The translations under genes and the position numbers were made by a program. A model generated the notes under the pieces. That model was not told where the DNA came from and made no database searches. It saw only the letters and a list, made by a program, of their open reading frames with translations. A stretch of DNA of 25,301 nt, taken from a virus. Taxonomy: Duplodnaviria > Caudoviricetes. Location of the stretch: the IMG/VR virus record IMGVR_UViG_3300034061_001901, positions 1 to 25,301 of that record. One strand, given 5' to 3'. Positions 7,848 through 16,643 of this stretch are shown piece after piece (within the stretch, counting starts at the first letter, position 1; every line of letters begins with the position of its first letter).

Positions 7848-8081
7848 GTGGAACTCACCGAAGAAAACTATTGTGATCAGCAACCTGTCACAATGGAATT
7901 CACATTTGAAGAGCATGATCTTCTGAATGACATCTTGTGCCATGCATCAGATTGGATATATGTTGCATGTCCAAATCTTCATGAAATGCCAGAAGACTCT
8001 GAAATTCGCCAACGTTTTAGAATGCTTGAACAAATGAGGCATAAATCTAATCAACTTTGGAAAACCCGTTTTGGTAATTGA
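7848..8081 (+). CDS. hypothetical protein
   Basis: 77 aa GTG ORF after the promoter element. Confidence 0.65.
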   Translation: MELTEENYCDQQPVTMEFTFEEHDLLNDILCHASDWIYVACPNLHEMPEDSEIRQRFRMLEQMRHKSNQLWKTRFGN

Positions 8082-8083
8082 TT

Positions 8084-8371
8084 ATGAAATTCACTGATCT
8101 TAACTTTCAACCACATGGCAACTACCCTGATAGTGGTATTGCTGCTCGCCACTTCTACACTAATGGTTATGGTGTGAGTGTTGTTCAATTCACTTCACCT
8201 TATGGTGGAAGTTCATATGGTGCCGAAGAAGGACTGTATGAGGTGGCAATTCTCAAAGGACTTGAAGAGGACTGGGAGATCTGCTATGATACTCCCATCA
8301 CGGATGATGTAATTGGTTATCAATCCGTGGAGGATATTGATAATCTTCTTTCACAAGTTGAATCTCTTTAA
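8084..8371 (+). CDS. conserved phage hypothetical protein
   Basis: NGYGVSVV...SYG...GLYEVAIL...YDTPITDDVIGY pattern recalled from many phages. Confidence 0.75.
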   Translation: MKFTDLNFQPHGNYPDSGIAARHFYTNGYGVSVVQFTSPYGGSSYGAEEGLYEVAILKGLEEDWEICYDTPITDDVIGYQSVEDIDNLLSQVESL

Positions 8372-8373
8372 TT

Positions 8374-8907
8374 ATGACACAACAATTTAATATTGGTGAT
8401 ATTGTCACCAAAAAACATGGTAAAAAACCTGCTGAAATTGTCAGTAAAGGTTGGTATACGTCAGATTCTTGGACTTGTCGGTATCTTCATTCCAAACAAT
8501 CTTTTACTGAATATGCATCTGATCTAAAACTTTACGATGAGGAAACTGAAATGACTGCTGATACTAAAACTCTCTATTCTTTCACCGTTGATGGTGTTGT
8601 TGCCTATGGTACTCACATCGGCACCAACAGTAGCAACCAATACCTGATCGAAGAAAAAGGTACTGGTAAGATTCACGTCTTTGATAAGAAAGACCTGGAA
8701 GAAGTTGTGCCTTATACTTTCAGTGCCACTATGGGTGGTAAAGAGACCCATTATGTTGGTACTCCTGGTGCTCTGAACAAAGGTGATGTGCTACTCTACA
8801 CTGGTTCTAGCACTCCCCAGGTTGCCGTGGTAACTGGTGTGGATACCAAGAACAAAAGCGCCCGATCCAAGTTCAAGGGTGCTAAACTGGTGACTGAGGC
8901 AATCTGA
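8374..8907 (+). CDS. hypothetical protein (beta-rich)
   Basis: 177 aa ORF. Confidence 0.75.
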   Translation: MTQQFNIGDIVTKKHGKKPAEIVSKGWYTSDSWTCRYLHSKQSFTEYASDLKLYDEETEMTADTKTLYSFTVDGVVAYGTHIGTNSSNQYLIEEKGTGKIHVFDKKDLEEVVPYTFSATMGGKETHYVGTPGALNKGDVLLYTGSSTPQVAVVTGVDTKNKSARSKFKGAKLVTEAI

Positions 8908-8910
8908 TCT

Positions 8911-9099
8911 ATGAAAACTTCTACTGCTCTTGGTGTTGTATTTGGTGTAATTGTCCTTGCAACTGCTGGACTTCTCTTTGAAGCGTGGTTGCTTGGATTG
9001 ATTCTGTCTTGGTTTGGTGTATCTTTGACCTTCTGGCAGAATTTTGCTATTATCTTTCTCGCTAATCTTATTTTCAAATCTAACGTATCTTCTAAATGA
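8911..9099 (+). CDS. small membrane protein
   Basis: Two hydrophobic segments. Confidence 0.7.
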   Translation: MKTSTALGVVFGVIVLATAGLLFEAWLLGLILSWFGVSLTFWQNFAIIFLANLIFKSNVSSK

Positions 9100-9503
9100 A
9101 AAATCAAAACGGATTTATTGACCCCACTGCCGCTCTTGTTGTTCTTGGTGTAGGTGTGTTTGCTGCTATTCTTTTTGTTGGTGGACCTCAATACAACGTG
9201 TGGCAACAATCTCTTGCTGGTAAAGCAGAACTGCAAAAGGCAGAATATACTCGCCAGGTAGCAGTGCTGGAAGCACAAGCAAAGAAAGATTCTGCACAAC
9301 AACTTGCTGATGCCGAAATCATCCGTGCTCAAGGTGTTGCCAAGGCAAACCAAATCATTGGTAATTCACTGAAAGATAACCGTGAGTACCTCCAATACCT
9401 GTACATTACTGGTATTGAAGATGGTAGCAAGAATGGTAACGTAACCATCTATGTTCCTACCGAAGGTGGGATGCCTGTTCCAACTCTACAGATGAATAAG
9501 TGA
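9096..9503 (+). CDS. membrane-anchored coiled-coil protein (SPFH/prohibitin-tail-like)
   Basis: N-terminal TM, Ala-rich coil, AQGVAKANQII...YLQYLY...IYVPTEGGMP. Confidence 0.7.
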   Translation: MKNQNGFIDPTAALVVLGVGVFAAILFVGGPQYNVWQQSLAGKAELQKAEYTRQVAVLEAQAKKDSAQQLADAEIIRAQGVAKANQIIGNSLKDNREYLQYLYITGIEDGSKNGNVTIYVPTEGGMPVPTLQMNK

Positions 9504-9506
9504 TCA

Positions 9507-9535
9507 AAGGGGAGGGTAAAACCTCCCCTTTTTTT
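9507..9535 (+). terminator. rho-independent terminator
   Basis: AAGGGGAGG-gtaaaa-CCTCCCCTT followed by a T run. Confidence 0.85.
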
Positions 9536-9542
9536 CTAAATA
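9536..9542 (+). promoter_or_regulatory. T4-like late promoter
   Basis: CTAAATA directly after the terminator and upstream of ATG 9572. Confidence 0.55.
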
Positions 9543-9571
9543 ATTACAAAAGCATTTATGCTATAACTAAA

Positions 9572-11485
9572 ATGGCAAATAAAGTTAGTGCGTATGAAGT
9601 TAACACATTTAATCAAGAATTACTTCAGTGTGTTGCACTTTCATTTTTTATAAGAATGCCAAACAACCCTTCTTCTGAAGATTTTTATGCATATATTCAG
9701 AATTATTTGGCAGAGGGTAAAGATAATCAATTTAAAATTTTGAACGGCGTTGGAGCAGAATATAATATAGAAACAAATTTGGGAATTTTTAACACCACAA
9801 GTAAAACTGGAATTTCGTGGGTTGACTCTTCAATTTCAATTGCTCAATTTTTGATTAATAAATTAAATTTAAATGATCAATATAAAATCTATCACCAAAA
9901 GTCAAGTTTTGGTAGAACTATTAAAGAAAACTGTATAAAAAGATTAGTTGAAGATTTAGACTTAAGTAAATTTTCCGATGAACCTGATACATATAATCCA
10001 ACAGACATATGGATTGTTAAAGAAACGCAGAAGGATAACATTATCAGACATTTAGAAGAAAAGATTATAAATGCCGACGATGGAATGGTATCCGCACATT
10101 ACACAAGTAATCGGCATACATATAAATCAATTATTGGATCATTTTTTAGAACTAAATCTCTTTATCAAATTTCTCTTAAAAAAGCATCAAGTGGAGGTGT
10201 AAAATACAGAGTAATAGGAAGTTCATATGGAATACCACCACAAGATATAGATCCATATACAAAATTTATTTCGATTTTTGATGATTTAGTAAAAACTAAA
10301 AATGAAGCAAAAATTAAAGAATTTATTAGTAAACTAGTTATTTTAACGAAAATAAATTACAAAGACGAAACACTTCAACCAAGCGTTTCATTTGAATTGA
10401 GATATGGAAAACTTGAAGTTGGACAAAGTTTTTCAGGAGAAACTGAAAAATGGTTGCTTGATACTCCAGGTAATACTTTTAATATGCAGAAAGAAGGAGG
10501 AACTGCTTGGTCTGGGGGAACCAATTTTAATGGAATACATTTGGCATTAAAAAATTATTCAGAATACATGCCAACATTTCGTGAGATGAAGCAATTAAGA
10601 TATAGGAGTTATGAGCAGTTATATTCTAAACTTTTTCCAGGAAAAGCAGTGCCTACAAATGTTAAGCATATTCTACTCAGAAAAGATGAAATAATTTATA
10701 TGAAAAAAGATATGGAGATAATAAAAGCATCTTTAGAGAATGAGCAAAATTACAAGCAATTTTTAGTAGACGCGATTGAAAAACTTTCAGGTCCTTATAG
10801 GGGACAAAAATCTTTATATGGAGTAACCACTACTGGATCAATTGATATTCAAACAACAACAAAAAGTGGAGAAATTGTAGATAAAATAAAATCCGATCAA
10901 GCAGCAATTGCACTCTCTATAAATTCAATTGCAAAGGGTCAAACGAAAATACAATATTCTTCCCCTGTTGATTATAAAAATATTAAAAAGAGAACTGCTA
11001 AATTAAAACAAATTAAAGTTGGTGATACTATTTTTATAAGAAAAATTGGAAGTAAAGGGTCGGAGACTTCTTCTACAAGTGCTAAAACTAAAGTTAAAAA
11101 AATTAATTTGAATAAAAAAGAAATTGAATTAACAAAACCACTTATTTCTGGGGGATCTGGACAAATTGTTGCAATAATTTTTAATCCTTTTCAATCAAAT
11201 ATTTTGTCTAATGAAAAATTAAGAAATATTGATACAAATATTCTTGAACAAAAGTTTTCAAAACTGCAAGCATTTTGGGTGTTTATGAGAGGAGGACCTA
11301 AAAAATTAAGTGAATTTTTGAAAAAACAAATTGTTTTGTCAATTTACGGTATTGTTTCTAAAAAAGGTGGAAAGATATTTGATGATAGTTTTACATCTAA
11401 GCATACATTAGGCAAAGAATTAATTAAAACCAGAAATGCTCTTAATAATTATATCGTACCACAATTTATAATCGTTGGTGATTGA
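9572..11485 (+). CDS. large putative PD-(D/E)xK-like nuclease
   Basis: NQELLQC, YNPTDIWIVK and YQISLKK motifs; AT-rich; true start likely MANKVSAY because the annotated start crosses the terminator. Confidence 0.6.
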   Translation: MANKVSAYEVNTFNQELLQCVALSFFIRMPNNPSSEDFYAYIQNYLAEGKDNQFKILNGVGAEYNIETNLGIFNTTSKTGISWVDSSISIAQFLINKLNLNDQYKIYHQKSSFGRTIKENCIKRLVEDLDLSKFSDEPDTYNPTDIWIVKETQKDNIIRHLEEKIINADDGMVSAHYTSNRHTYKSIIGSFFRTKSLYQISLKKASSGGVKYRVIGSSYGIPPQDIDPYTKFISIFDDLVKTKNEAKIKEFISKLVILTKINYKDETLQPSVSFELRYGKLEVGQSFSGETEKWLLDTPGNTFNMQKEGGTAWSGGTNFNGIHLALKNYSEYMPTFREMKQLRYRSYEQLYSKLFPGKAVPTNVKHILLRKDEIIYMKKDMEIIKASLENEQNYKQFLVDAIEKLSGPYRGQKSLYGVTTTGSIDIQTTTKSGEIVDKIKSDQAAIALSINSIAKGQTKIQYSSPVDYKNIKKRTAKLKQIKVGDTIFIRKIGSKGSETSSTSAKTKVKKINLNKKEIELTKPLISGGSGQIVAIIFNPFQSNILSNEKLRNIDTNILEQKFSKLQAFWVFMRGGPKKLSEFLKKQIVLSIYGIVSKKGGKIFDDSFTSKHTLGKELIKTRNALNNYIVPQFIIVGD

Positions 11486-11513
11486 TCCATAAAATATACT
11501 AATCAAAAGTGGG

Positions 11514-11542
11514 TTGACACGTCATGTTGTGCTTGCTATAGT
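11514..11542 (+). promoter_or_regulatory. sigma70-type promoter
   Basis: TTGACA-N17-TATAGT with extended TGn. Confidence 0.8.
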
Positions 11543-11566
11543 ATGTGTGTTCAAAGGTTATCCACC

Positions 11567-11737
11567 ATGACAACCAAAAAACTCTCTCCTTTCTACGTAA
11601 ACGTTTTTGATGATCAAGGCAACCTAGTTGCAGAAAACGTTTATGTTGGTAGGTACAAAACCAATACTTGGGCAATGCATAAGGCATGTGCGATGTACCC
11701 AGATTACCACAGTTTCAAGTTGTTCGTGAAAAACTGA
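11567..11737 (+). CDS. hypothetical protein
   Basis: ATG 11567 lies downstream of the promoter. Confidence 0.6.
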   Translation: MTTKKLSPFYVNVFDDQGNLVAENVYVGRYKTNTWAMHKACAMYPDYHSFKLFVKN

Positions 11738-11791
11738 CACCTCACAGACTGGCACACAGGCACTTCACAGGCACCTGTGTGCCATTATAAT
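11733..11791 (+). promoter_or_regulatory. palindrome-promoter element, copy 3
   Basis: ACTGACAC-CTCACAGA-CTGGCACA; 11-bp stem TGGCACACAGG/CCTGTGTGCCA; TATAAT 29 bp downstream. Confidence 0.75.
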
Positions 11792-11813
11792 AGGTACATA
11801 CGCAACCGACCCC

Positions 11814-12245
11814 ATGAGCACCACCTTCGCTGACTACGCTGCCCAGGAACAGGCACGGCAGAGCATCGCTGATGCTGTTCTGATCCATATCTACACTCTG
11901 TGTGAGGCACTGAAGCACAATTACGTTGAGACTGCCATTCGTGGGCACCAGCGTTATGTTGATGATCCGTACCATCAGCAGAAAGTAGAAGAACTCAAGA
12001 ATAATGAGTGTCCAATTGACTTCATTATTGAGAGTGGACGTAAGTACCACAAAATCATCTTTATTGATGGTGGTGGACATCGTTCGGTTCATGCTTTTGT
12101 TGACAAGAAAACTGGCGAAGTGTATAAGTCTGCCAGTTGGAAAGCACCTGCCAAAGGTGTTCGGTATGATCTTCGCATTATTGAGCAACGTGAATGGTTG
12201 TTTGAGAATGCCGATTGGTCTGGTGGATACTTGTACGCAAAATGA
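11814..12245 (+). CDS. conserved phage early protein
   Basis: GRKYHKI...SVHAFVDKKTGEVYKSASWKAPAKGVRY motif recalled as widespread in phages. Confidence 0.8.
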   Translation: MSTTFADYAAQEQARQSIADAVLIHIYTLCEALKHNYVETAIRGHQRYVDDPYHQQKVEELKNNECPIDFIIESGRKYHKIIFIDGGGHRSVHAFVDKKTGEVYKSASWKAPAKGVRYDLRIIEQREWLFENADWSGGYLYAK

Positions 12246-12337
12246 TTACTTTTATTTTGTGGTGGTTAATTAGTATGACCATGGCACTTGGAATTAATTA
12301 TGTTCTGATGCACTACACTGATGATGAAAACTACTGA
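12242..12337 (+). CDS. tiny membrane peptide
   Basis: MITFILWWLISMTMALGINYVLMHYTDDENY*, ATGA overlap. Confidence 0.45.
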   Translation: MITFILWWLISMTMALGINYVLMHYTDDENY

Positions 12338-12385
12338 CAAACTCATTTTCATTTCTTCGTTCATTTGGTTTTTGCACTGGGGTCA

Positions 12386-12862
12386 ATGTCTTACATCACG
12401 CATTCTGGATACGGTTATTCTAAACGCCTCTGTGAGGACGTTTCCATTTGGTTTTTAGATAAGTTCTTTCCACGCCATAAGATTGTAGTAGAGATCCTTC
12501 ATCGTGGTTTGAAGCGTGAAGGTGTAAATGGTTATTGTGATATGATTGGATATGCTTATCGCCCTCGTGAGTTTCTGATTGAACTGGACACTTACATGGA
12601 TGAAGAGTTGTACATAAAAACTCTTTTGCATGAACTGGTTCATCTGCGGCAGTGGGTGGTAGGTTCTCTGCGCCTCCGTTATGGAAAATTGTGTTATTCT
12701 AAAGAACCCGTGGAAAAGTATGAGTATTGGTATCAACCACATGAAATAGAAGCACGGGAACAGGAAGAAACCCTATATCTGCAGTATCTGTTTGAGAAGA
12801 ACGGGTGGACGGATCACCAAGTGGCACAGTTCTTTCCCAACCGTTTGCTACAGGCAGTATAA
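12386..12862 (+). CDS. zincin-like metallopeptidase
   Basis: LLHELVHLRQ (HExxH) and PHEIEAR third-ligand motif. Confidence 0.75.
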   Translation: MSYITHSGYGYSKRLCEDVSIWFLDKFFPRHKIVVEILHRGLKREGVNGYCDMIGYAYRPREFLIELDTYMDEELYIKTLLHELVHLRQWVVGSLRLRYGKLCYSKEPVEKYEYWYQPHEIEAREQEETLYLQYLFEKNGWTDHQVAQFFPNRLLQAV

Positions 12863-12863
12863 T
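12805..12863 (+). promoter_or_regulatory. palindrome-promoter element, copy 4
   Basis: GTGGACGG-ATCACCAA-GTGGCACA, TATAAT 29 bp downstream, then ACAAGGTAATCAA. Confidence 0.7.
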
Positions 12864-12888
12864 TACAAGGTAATCAACGGAACACCCG

Positions 12889-13047
12889 ATGATCTCTGAC
12901 ACCACACAGGACGCACAACTACGACGCACGATCACGAAAAGCGTAGAACAAATGGATCTTCGCTTGCTGCAACGGATTGCTTATGAAGTGCGTTGTGAAG
13001 AAATGGGCATTCTCCCTGATGGTTGGAAACTTTACCCTGAAAATTGA
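12889..13047 (+). CDS. hypothetical protein (52 aa)
   Basis: Manually read MISDTTQDAQLRRTITKSVEQMDLRLLQRIAYEVRCEEMG... Confidence 0.6.
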   Translation: MISDTTQDAQLRRTITKSVEQMDLRLLQRIAYEVRCEEMGILPDGWKLYPEN

Positions 13048-13049
13048 TT

Positions 13050-13253
13050 ATGAAACTCTCCACTACTTCCATTTCCAAGATTGCCGATGAACTTAAACCT
13101 GCAATTATCAATTACATCTATCAGGATCCAGAATATGCAGAGTATATGCACGGTGCTGTGATTGAAGGTATTCGTAGTGTAATGGGTGATATGGATGATG
13201 AGTTGCTTTTTGAGATTGGTATGCTAGTGTTTGATCGTATTGAATTGAGTTAA
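13050..13253 (+). CDS. hypothetical protein
   Basis: ORF track; coupled to neighbours. Confidence 0.65.
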   Translation: MKLSTTSISKIADELKPAIINYIYQDPEYAEYMHGAVIEGIRSVMGDMDDELLFEIGMLVFDRIELS

Positions 13254-13564
13254 TGATTGGACTTATTGCTGGACTTACATGTGGCATCGCAACATTCTAT
13301 GGTGTTGGTGATGGATTTCATGGACAAACCACTGCAAATGGAGAACGCTTTGATGCTTATCGTTGGACTGCTGCTCATCCTTACTTACGTATGGGAAGCA
13401 AAATTAGAGTCACAAATCAAGACAATGGAAAACAAGTAATTGTTCGTGTGAATGATCGTGGTCCATATTCTCATGCTGATCTGGATCTCTCTTATGCTGC
13501 CTTTGCTCATATTTCTTCTCCACGCAAGGGCAATGCTGTTGTTTGTTGGAGAGTCGTCGGGTGA
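13253..13564 (+). CDS. RlpA-like double-psi beta-barrel protein (lytic transglycosylase family)
   Basis: ATFYG, FHGQTTANGERFD, TAAHP, VRVNDRGPY, LDLSYAAF. Confidence 0.9.
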   Translation: MIGLIAGLTCGIATFYGVGDGFHGQTTANGERFDAYRWTAAHPYLRMGSKIRVTNQDNGKQVIVRVNDRGPYSHADLDLSYAAFAHISSPRKGNAVVCWRVVG

Positions 13565-13689
13565 ACAAAGATAAACTCTATCTTACACTCACTCTTGTTG
13601 TATTTTTTCTACTTGACATTGCCATCATGGTTGGACTATTATGGCATGGTAAGGCAAACTTCACTGAACTGTTCAAACACCTCAAATGA
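13561..13689 (+). CDS. small membrane protein (42 aa)
   Basis: Manually read MNKDKLYLTLTLVVFFLLDIAIMVGLLWHGK...; 4-nt overlaps at both ends. Confidence 0.55.
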   Translation: MNKDKLYLTLTLVVFFLLDIAIMVGLLWHGKANFTELFKHLK

Positions 13690-14072
13690 AAAAGTTTCTT
13701 CCCATTCTTTTCTTGCTTTGCTCTTCTCCAGTGTTTGCACAAACTCAAGCAGTTGTGCAGAAGAAAGAGTATCGCCCCTTTCGCTATGAAACTCCATGTG
13801 CTCTTGAAACCAAACAGGAGTTTGAGATGGATAATTGTGTTGTGATTGAAACTCGTGAGAGTAGTGGAGCACTTCGCACTCGCAATATCTATTCTAATCG
13901 GTTTAAACTCACTATCAAAGGACGTTTTGATAAAGAGAAAGGATATATGACATGGGACAGTCACAATAAATACGAATACAAATGGGAATACAAGGTTGGT
14001 GGTGTTGATGGTTTGGGTACATGGACTTATGTGATGCCTGGTATTCTAGTTCAAGAAATAAGTTGGGACTAG
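13686..14072 (+). CDS. secreted/periplasmic hypothetical protein
   Basis: Sec signal peptide MKKFLPILFLLCSSPVFA. Confidence 0.75.
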   Translation: MKKFLPILFLLCSSPVFAQTQAVVQKKEYRPFRYETPCALETKQEFEMDNCVVIETRESSGALRTRNIYSNRFKLTIKGRFDKEKGYMTWDSHNKYEYKWEYKVGGVDGLGTWTYVMPGILVQEISWD

Positions 14073-14077
14073 ACTCC

Positions 14078-14683
14078 ATGGATATAAAATGTGGAGATAT
14101 TGGATTTCCGTATATAGAAATAGAAAATTTTTATACTTCCGAAGAGTTAAATCTAATATGGGAGGAGATAGATTTTTTATATTATGATCATAAAATAGAA
14201 AGATCTACTGGATCTGCAAAAATGAGCGGAAAACCATTAAAAAGTAATAGATGTATATATTTGGACGAACTATATAAACAAAATCGCCATTTATCCAACA
14301 TATTAACATTAAACAGAAAATTATATAGTAATAATTTTAAGTTATTCAAATCGCACAAATCTTGGTTTTTTCAATCGGTTCAAGGAACTTCAGATTACAC
14401 TGCATTTTCATTTTATGAAAATGGTGATCATTATTTGCCTCATAAAGATGCTTATTATATAACTTCTTTATTTTGGACTTTTAAAGAACCAAAGAAATTT
14501 GTTGGTGGTGATTTTGTTTTTTCTCAATATGATCATAAAATAGAAGTTCAAAACAACAAAATGTTAATCTTTCCATCTCAAATTACCCATCATGTAACTC
14601 CAGTACTAATGGACAATGAATATTGTAATCAAAAAATGGGAAGAGTTTGTATATCACACTTCTTACAAGTAGTAAAAAATTAG
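14078..14683 (+). CDS. 2OG-Fe(II) oxygenase (prolyl hydroxylase-like)
   Basis: HKD...GGDF...IFPS..HHVTPV...R motifs. Confidence 0.85.
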   Translation: MDIKCGDIGFPYIEIENFYTSEELNLIWEEIDFLYYDHKIERSTGSAKMSGKPLKSNRCIYLDELYKQNRHLSNILTLNRKLYSNNFKLFKSHKSWFFQSVQGTSDYTAFSFYENGDHYLPHKDAYYITSLFWTFKEPKKFVGGDFVFSQYDHKIEVQNNKMLIFPSQITHHVTPVLMDNEYCNQKMGRVCISHFLQVVKN

Positions 14684-14692
14684 TGTTTACTT

Positions 14693-14896
14693 ATGACTGA
14701 AACAACTGTAAATCTAAATGTGCAGGAGATAGGGATTATTCTCTCTGCAATTCAAAATCTTGAAAATGTGGATGAAATTCGTCTTGCCAGAGAGTATGGA
14801 AGTGCATCGGCACTATATAACAAACTTTATTCGCTCTGGGAACGGATGGACAGATCGGAAACTGGACTACGCTACGACGTAGTGCCCTCGTTTTGA
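14693..14896 (+). CDS. hypothetical protein
   Basis: 67 aa ORF. Confidence 0.65.
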   Translation: MTETTVNLNVQEIGIILSAIQNLENVDEIRLAREYGSASALYNKLYSLWERMDRSETGLRYDVVPSF

Positions 14897-14904
14897 CCTA
14901 TAAT
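14846..14904 (+). promoter_or_regulatory. palindrome-promoter element, copy 5 (degenerate)
   Basis: ATGGACAG-ATCGGAAA-CTGGACTA, TATAAT 29 bp downstream, then ACAAAGGTAATCAA. Confidence 0.6.
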
Positions 14905-14929
14905 ACAAAGGTAATCAAGGGAACACCTC

Positions 14930-15190
14930 ATGCAAATGCCTCAACTGACGAGCAAGGACGGCAACATGATCGTTGACTTCTATCCTGTAAAGACTCCCTA
15001 TGGTGATATTTCTGAAACTTGGGTTCTTCGTGCAGTAACCTTTGCTCCTCACGGTCAAGTATCCAAGAAGTTTCTGAACAAAGTGGAAATGCTTCTTGAC
15101 ATTCGTGAGCGTATGGCATATGGTTATGCTCAAACTGGTGATAACTCCAATCTTCCCCAACTTGGCAATCCCATGGCAGGTGCTTGCTGA
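14930..15190 (+). CDS. hypothetical protein
   Basis: 86 aa ORF after the promoter. Confidence 0.75.
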   Translation: MQMPQLTSKDGNMIVDFYPVKTPYGDISETWVLRAVTFAPHGQVSKKFLNKVEMLLDIRERMAYGYAQTGDNSNLPQLGNPMAGAC

Positions 15191-15396
15191 TGGAAAATAA
15201 AGCACGTATATTATCATCTTTGGTTTTATGTGTTGCTTACATCACAACACTTTATTTTGATACTGTGATTGGTTCTAGATTGTATATGTTGGGTAATGCT
15301 CTGGCACTACCTTATATGATCAAGAACAAGTGTTGGGACATTGTTGCTCTTCTTGCATTCTTCATTATTGTTGGATTGCCCAAGGTTATTTCATGA
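15190..15396 (+). CDS. small multi-pass membrane protein
   Basis: Three short hydrophobic segments. Confidence 0.65.
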   Translation: MENKARILSSLVLCVAYITTLYFDTVIGSRLYMLGNALALPYMIKNKCWDIVALLAFFIIVGLPKVIS

Positions 15397-15539
15397 AAAC
15401 CTCTTACATCTATCTTGGTTTGATTGCCATTCTGATGTGGAATGGTTTTATCATTCAAAGAGACCAAAAACTCTTTAAGGCATATGATGCCTGCACAAAA
15501 TTCACACATCATCCCGATTGCCCCTACGACAAAAAATGA
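15393..15539 (+). CDS. small membrane-anchored protein
   Basis: MKTSYIYLGLIAILMWNGF..., ATGA overlap. Confidence 0.6.
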   Translation: MKTSYIYLGLIAILMWNGFIIQRDQKLFKAYDACTKFTHHPDCPYDKK

Positions 15540-15748
15540 ACAAAGACGACATCAAACAATTTATCAAGGCATTCATGGATTTCAGCAAACACGCAGAAGC
15601 ACAAGAGATGTATCATAATGCAAAACAAGAGTATCTTAATTATGAACTGCGTAAGCAAAATTCTAAAATGATTATTGAGAATGAGATTGAAAAGAAAGCA
15701 GCAGAACTAGAAGTAACTGTTGATTATTACATGGCAGAGTTCATGTGA
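15536..15748 (+). CDS. hypothetical protein
   Basis: C-terminal EKKAAELEVTVDYYMAEFM recalled from cyanophage hypotheticals. Confidence 0.7.
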   Translation: MNKDDIKQFIKAFMDFSKHAEAQEMYHNAKQEYLNYELRKQNSKMIIENEIEKKAAELEVTVDYYMAEFM

Positions 15749-15918
15749 TGAATCAAAAAACAAAACTAATCCTGGCACTACAGCAGATTGATAATCTTAC
15801 CTCTCTTTTAGATGGTAATGAGTATCAATCTTTTTTGTATTCACATTTGATCAGTATGAAATGTGAACTTCAACGTCAATTGACAAATCTCACACATTCG
15901 TCTACAATTAAGGAGTAA
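15748..15918 (+). CDS. hypothetical protein (56 aa)
   Basis: Manually read MNQKTKLILALQQIDNLTSLL...; TGATG coupling. Confidence 0.6.
   Translation: MNQKTKLILALQQIDNLTSLLDGNEYQSFLYSHLISMKCELQRQLTNLTHSSTIKE
15880..15908 (+). promoter_or_regulatory. sigma70-type promoter
   Basis: TTGACA-N17-TACAAT. Confidence 0.75.
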
Positions 15919-15931
15919 TTTAAAACAACAA

Positions 15932-16162
15932 ATGAAGTATCTTTACATCGTCAACTACTGGGTTCCTTTTCCTTCTTCCGAATATGGTGGAACAGTAAGT
16001 TTGATCGCAGAGTCTGATACAGAGGCATTTGAAATTCTTGCAAAGTGTAGTGACTTTGATGATAGTTATACTGATCGTATCATGGAGCGTGTGGTGAATG
16101 CATATAAGTTTGCTCTTGCCGAAGAGGAAAACTCACGTATTGTTGATGTGTTTATTACATGA
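15932..16162 (+). CDS. hypothetical protein
   Basis: YWVPFPSSEYGG motif; follows the promoter. Confidence 0.75.
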   Translation: MKYLYIVNYWVPFPSSEYGGTVSLIAESDTEAFEILAKCSDFDDSYTDRIMERVVNAYKFALAEEENSRIVDVFIT

Positions 16163-16165
16163 GTC

Positions 16166-16408
16166 ATGAAGTACATTCCAAATGTTAATGATTATGTAAA
16201 GTGGAATGATGGTAAGGGCGTAGAAGGTTGGGTGTATTTCGCATGTAAGGAATACATTACCATAGAAAAATCAGTGCGCCCTAAAGACTGTGACAATTAT
16301 AAAGCATGTTGCATACATGCAAATGATAGACTACTTGTTCTTTGTTATTCAAATCAGTGGAGTCAATTGGAGTATATTAAATCTAGAGAATCAATCTATG
16401 AAATCTAA
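16166..16408 (+). CDS. hypothetical protein (SH3-like)
   Basis: YIPNVNDYVKW...EGWVYF...YITIE. Confidence 0.7.
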   Translation: MKYIPNVNDYVKWNDGKGVEGWVYFACKEYITIEKSVRPKDCDNYKACCIHANDRLLVLCYSNQWSQLEYIKSRESIYEI

Positions 16409-16643
16409 AAACCCATGGAGATGGTGGGCAAAAGCACTGGGAGAAAAAGCATCTAAATGTGATAAAGAGTCTGATAGAGTTGCATTGATCCGAACGGTGA
16501 TCTTTGCAACTTATTTGATTACTAACTGTTTTATTGTTGCTGGTGTAATACGACACTGGAATAAACAAACTAAAATAGAAGTTTTTATTGAAAATCCTTA
16601 CAATTTAAATAGAATAAAATATACTCCATCTAATTTGCTGTGA
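16398..16643 (+). CDS. membrane hypothetical protein
   Basis: WRWWAKALGEKA...IRT..TM segment. Confidence 0.7.
   Translation: MKSKNPWRWWAKALGEKASKCDKESDRVALIRTVIFATYLITNCFIVAGVIRHWNKQTKIEVFIENPYNLNRIKYTPSNLL

Noticed and set aside
13613-13642. TTGACA-N18-TATTAT promoter
   Set aside because: Lies inside a coupled membrane-protein ORF, with 18-bp spacing and no extended -10; possible but unsupported
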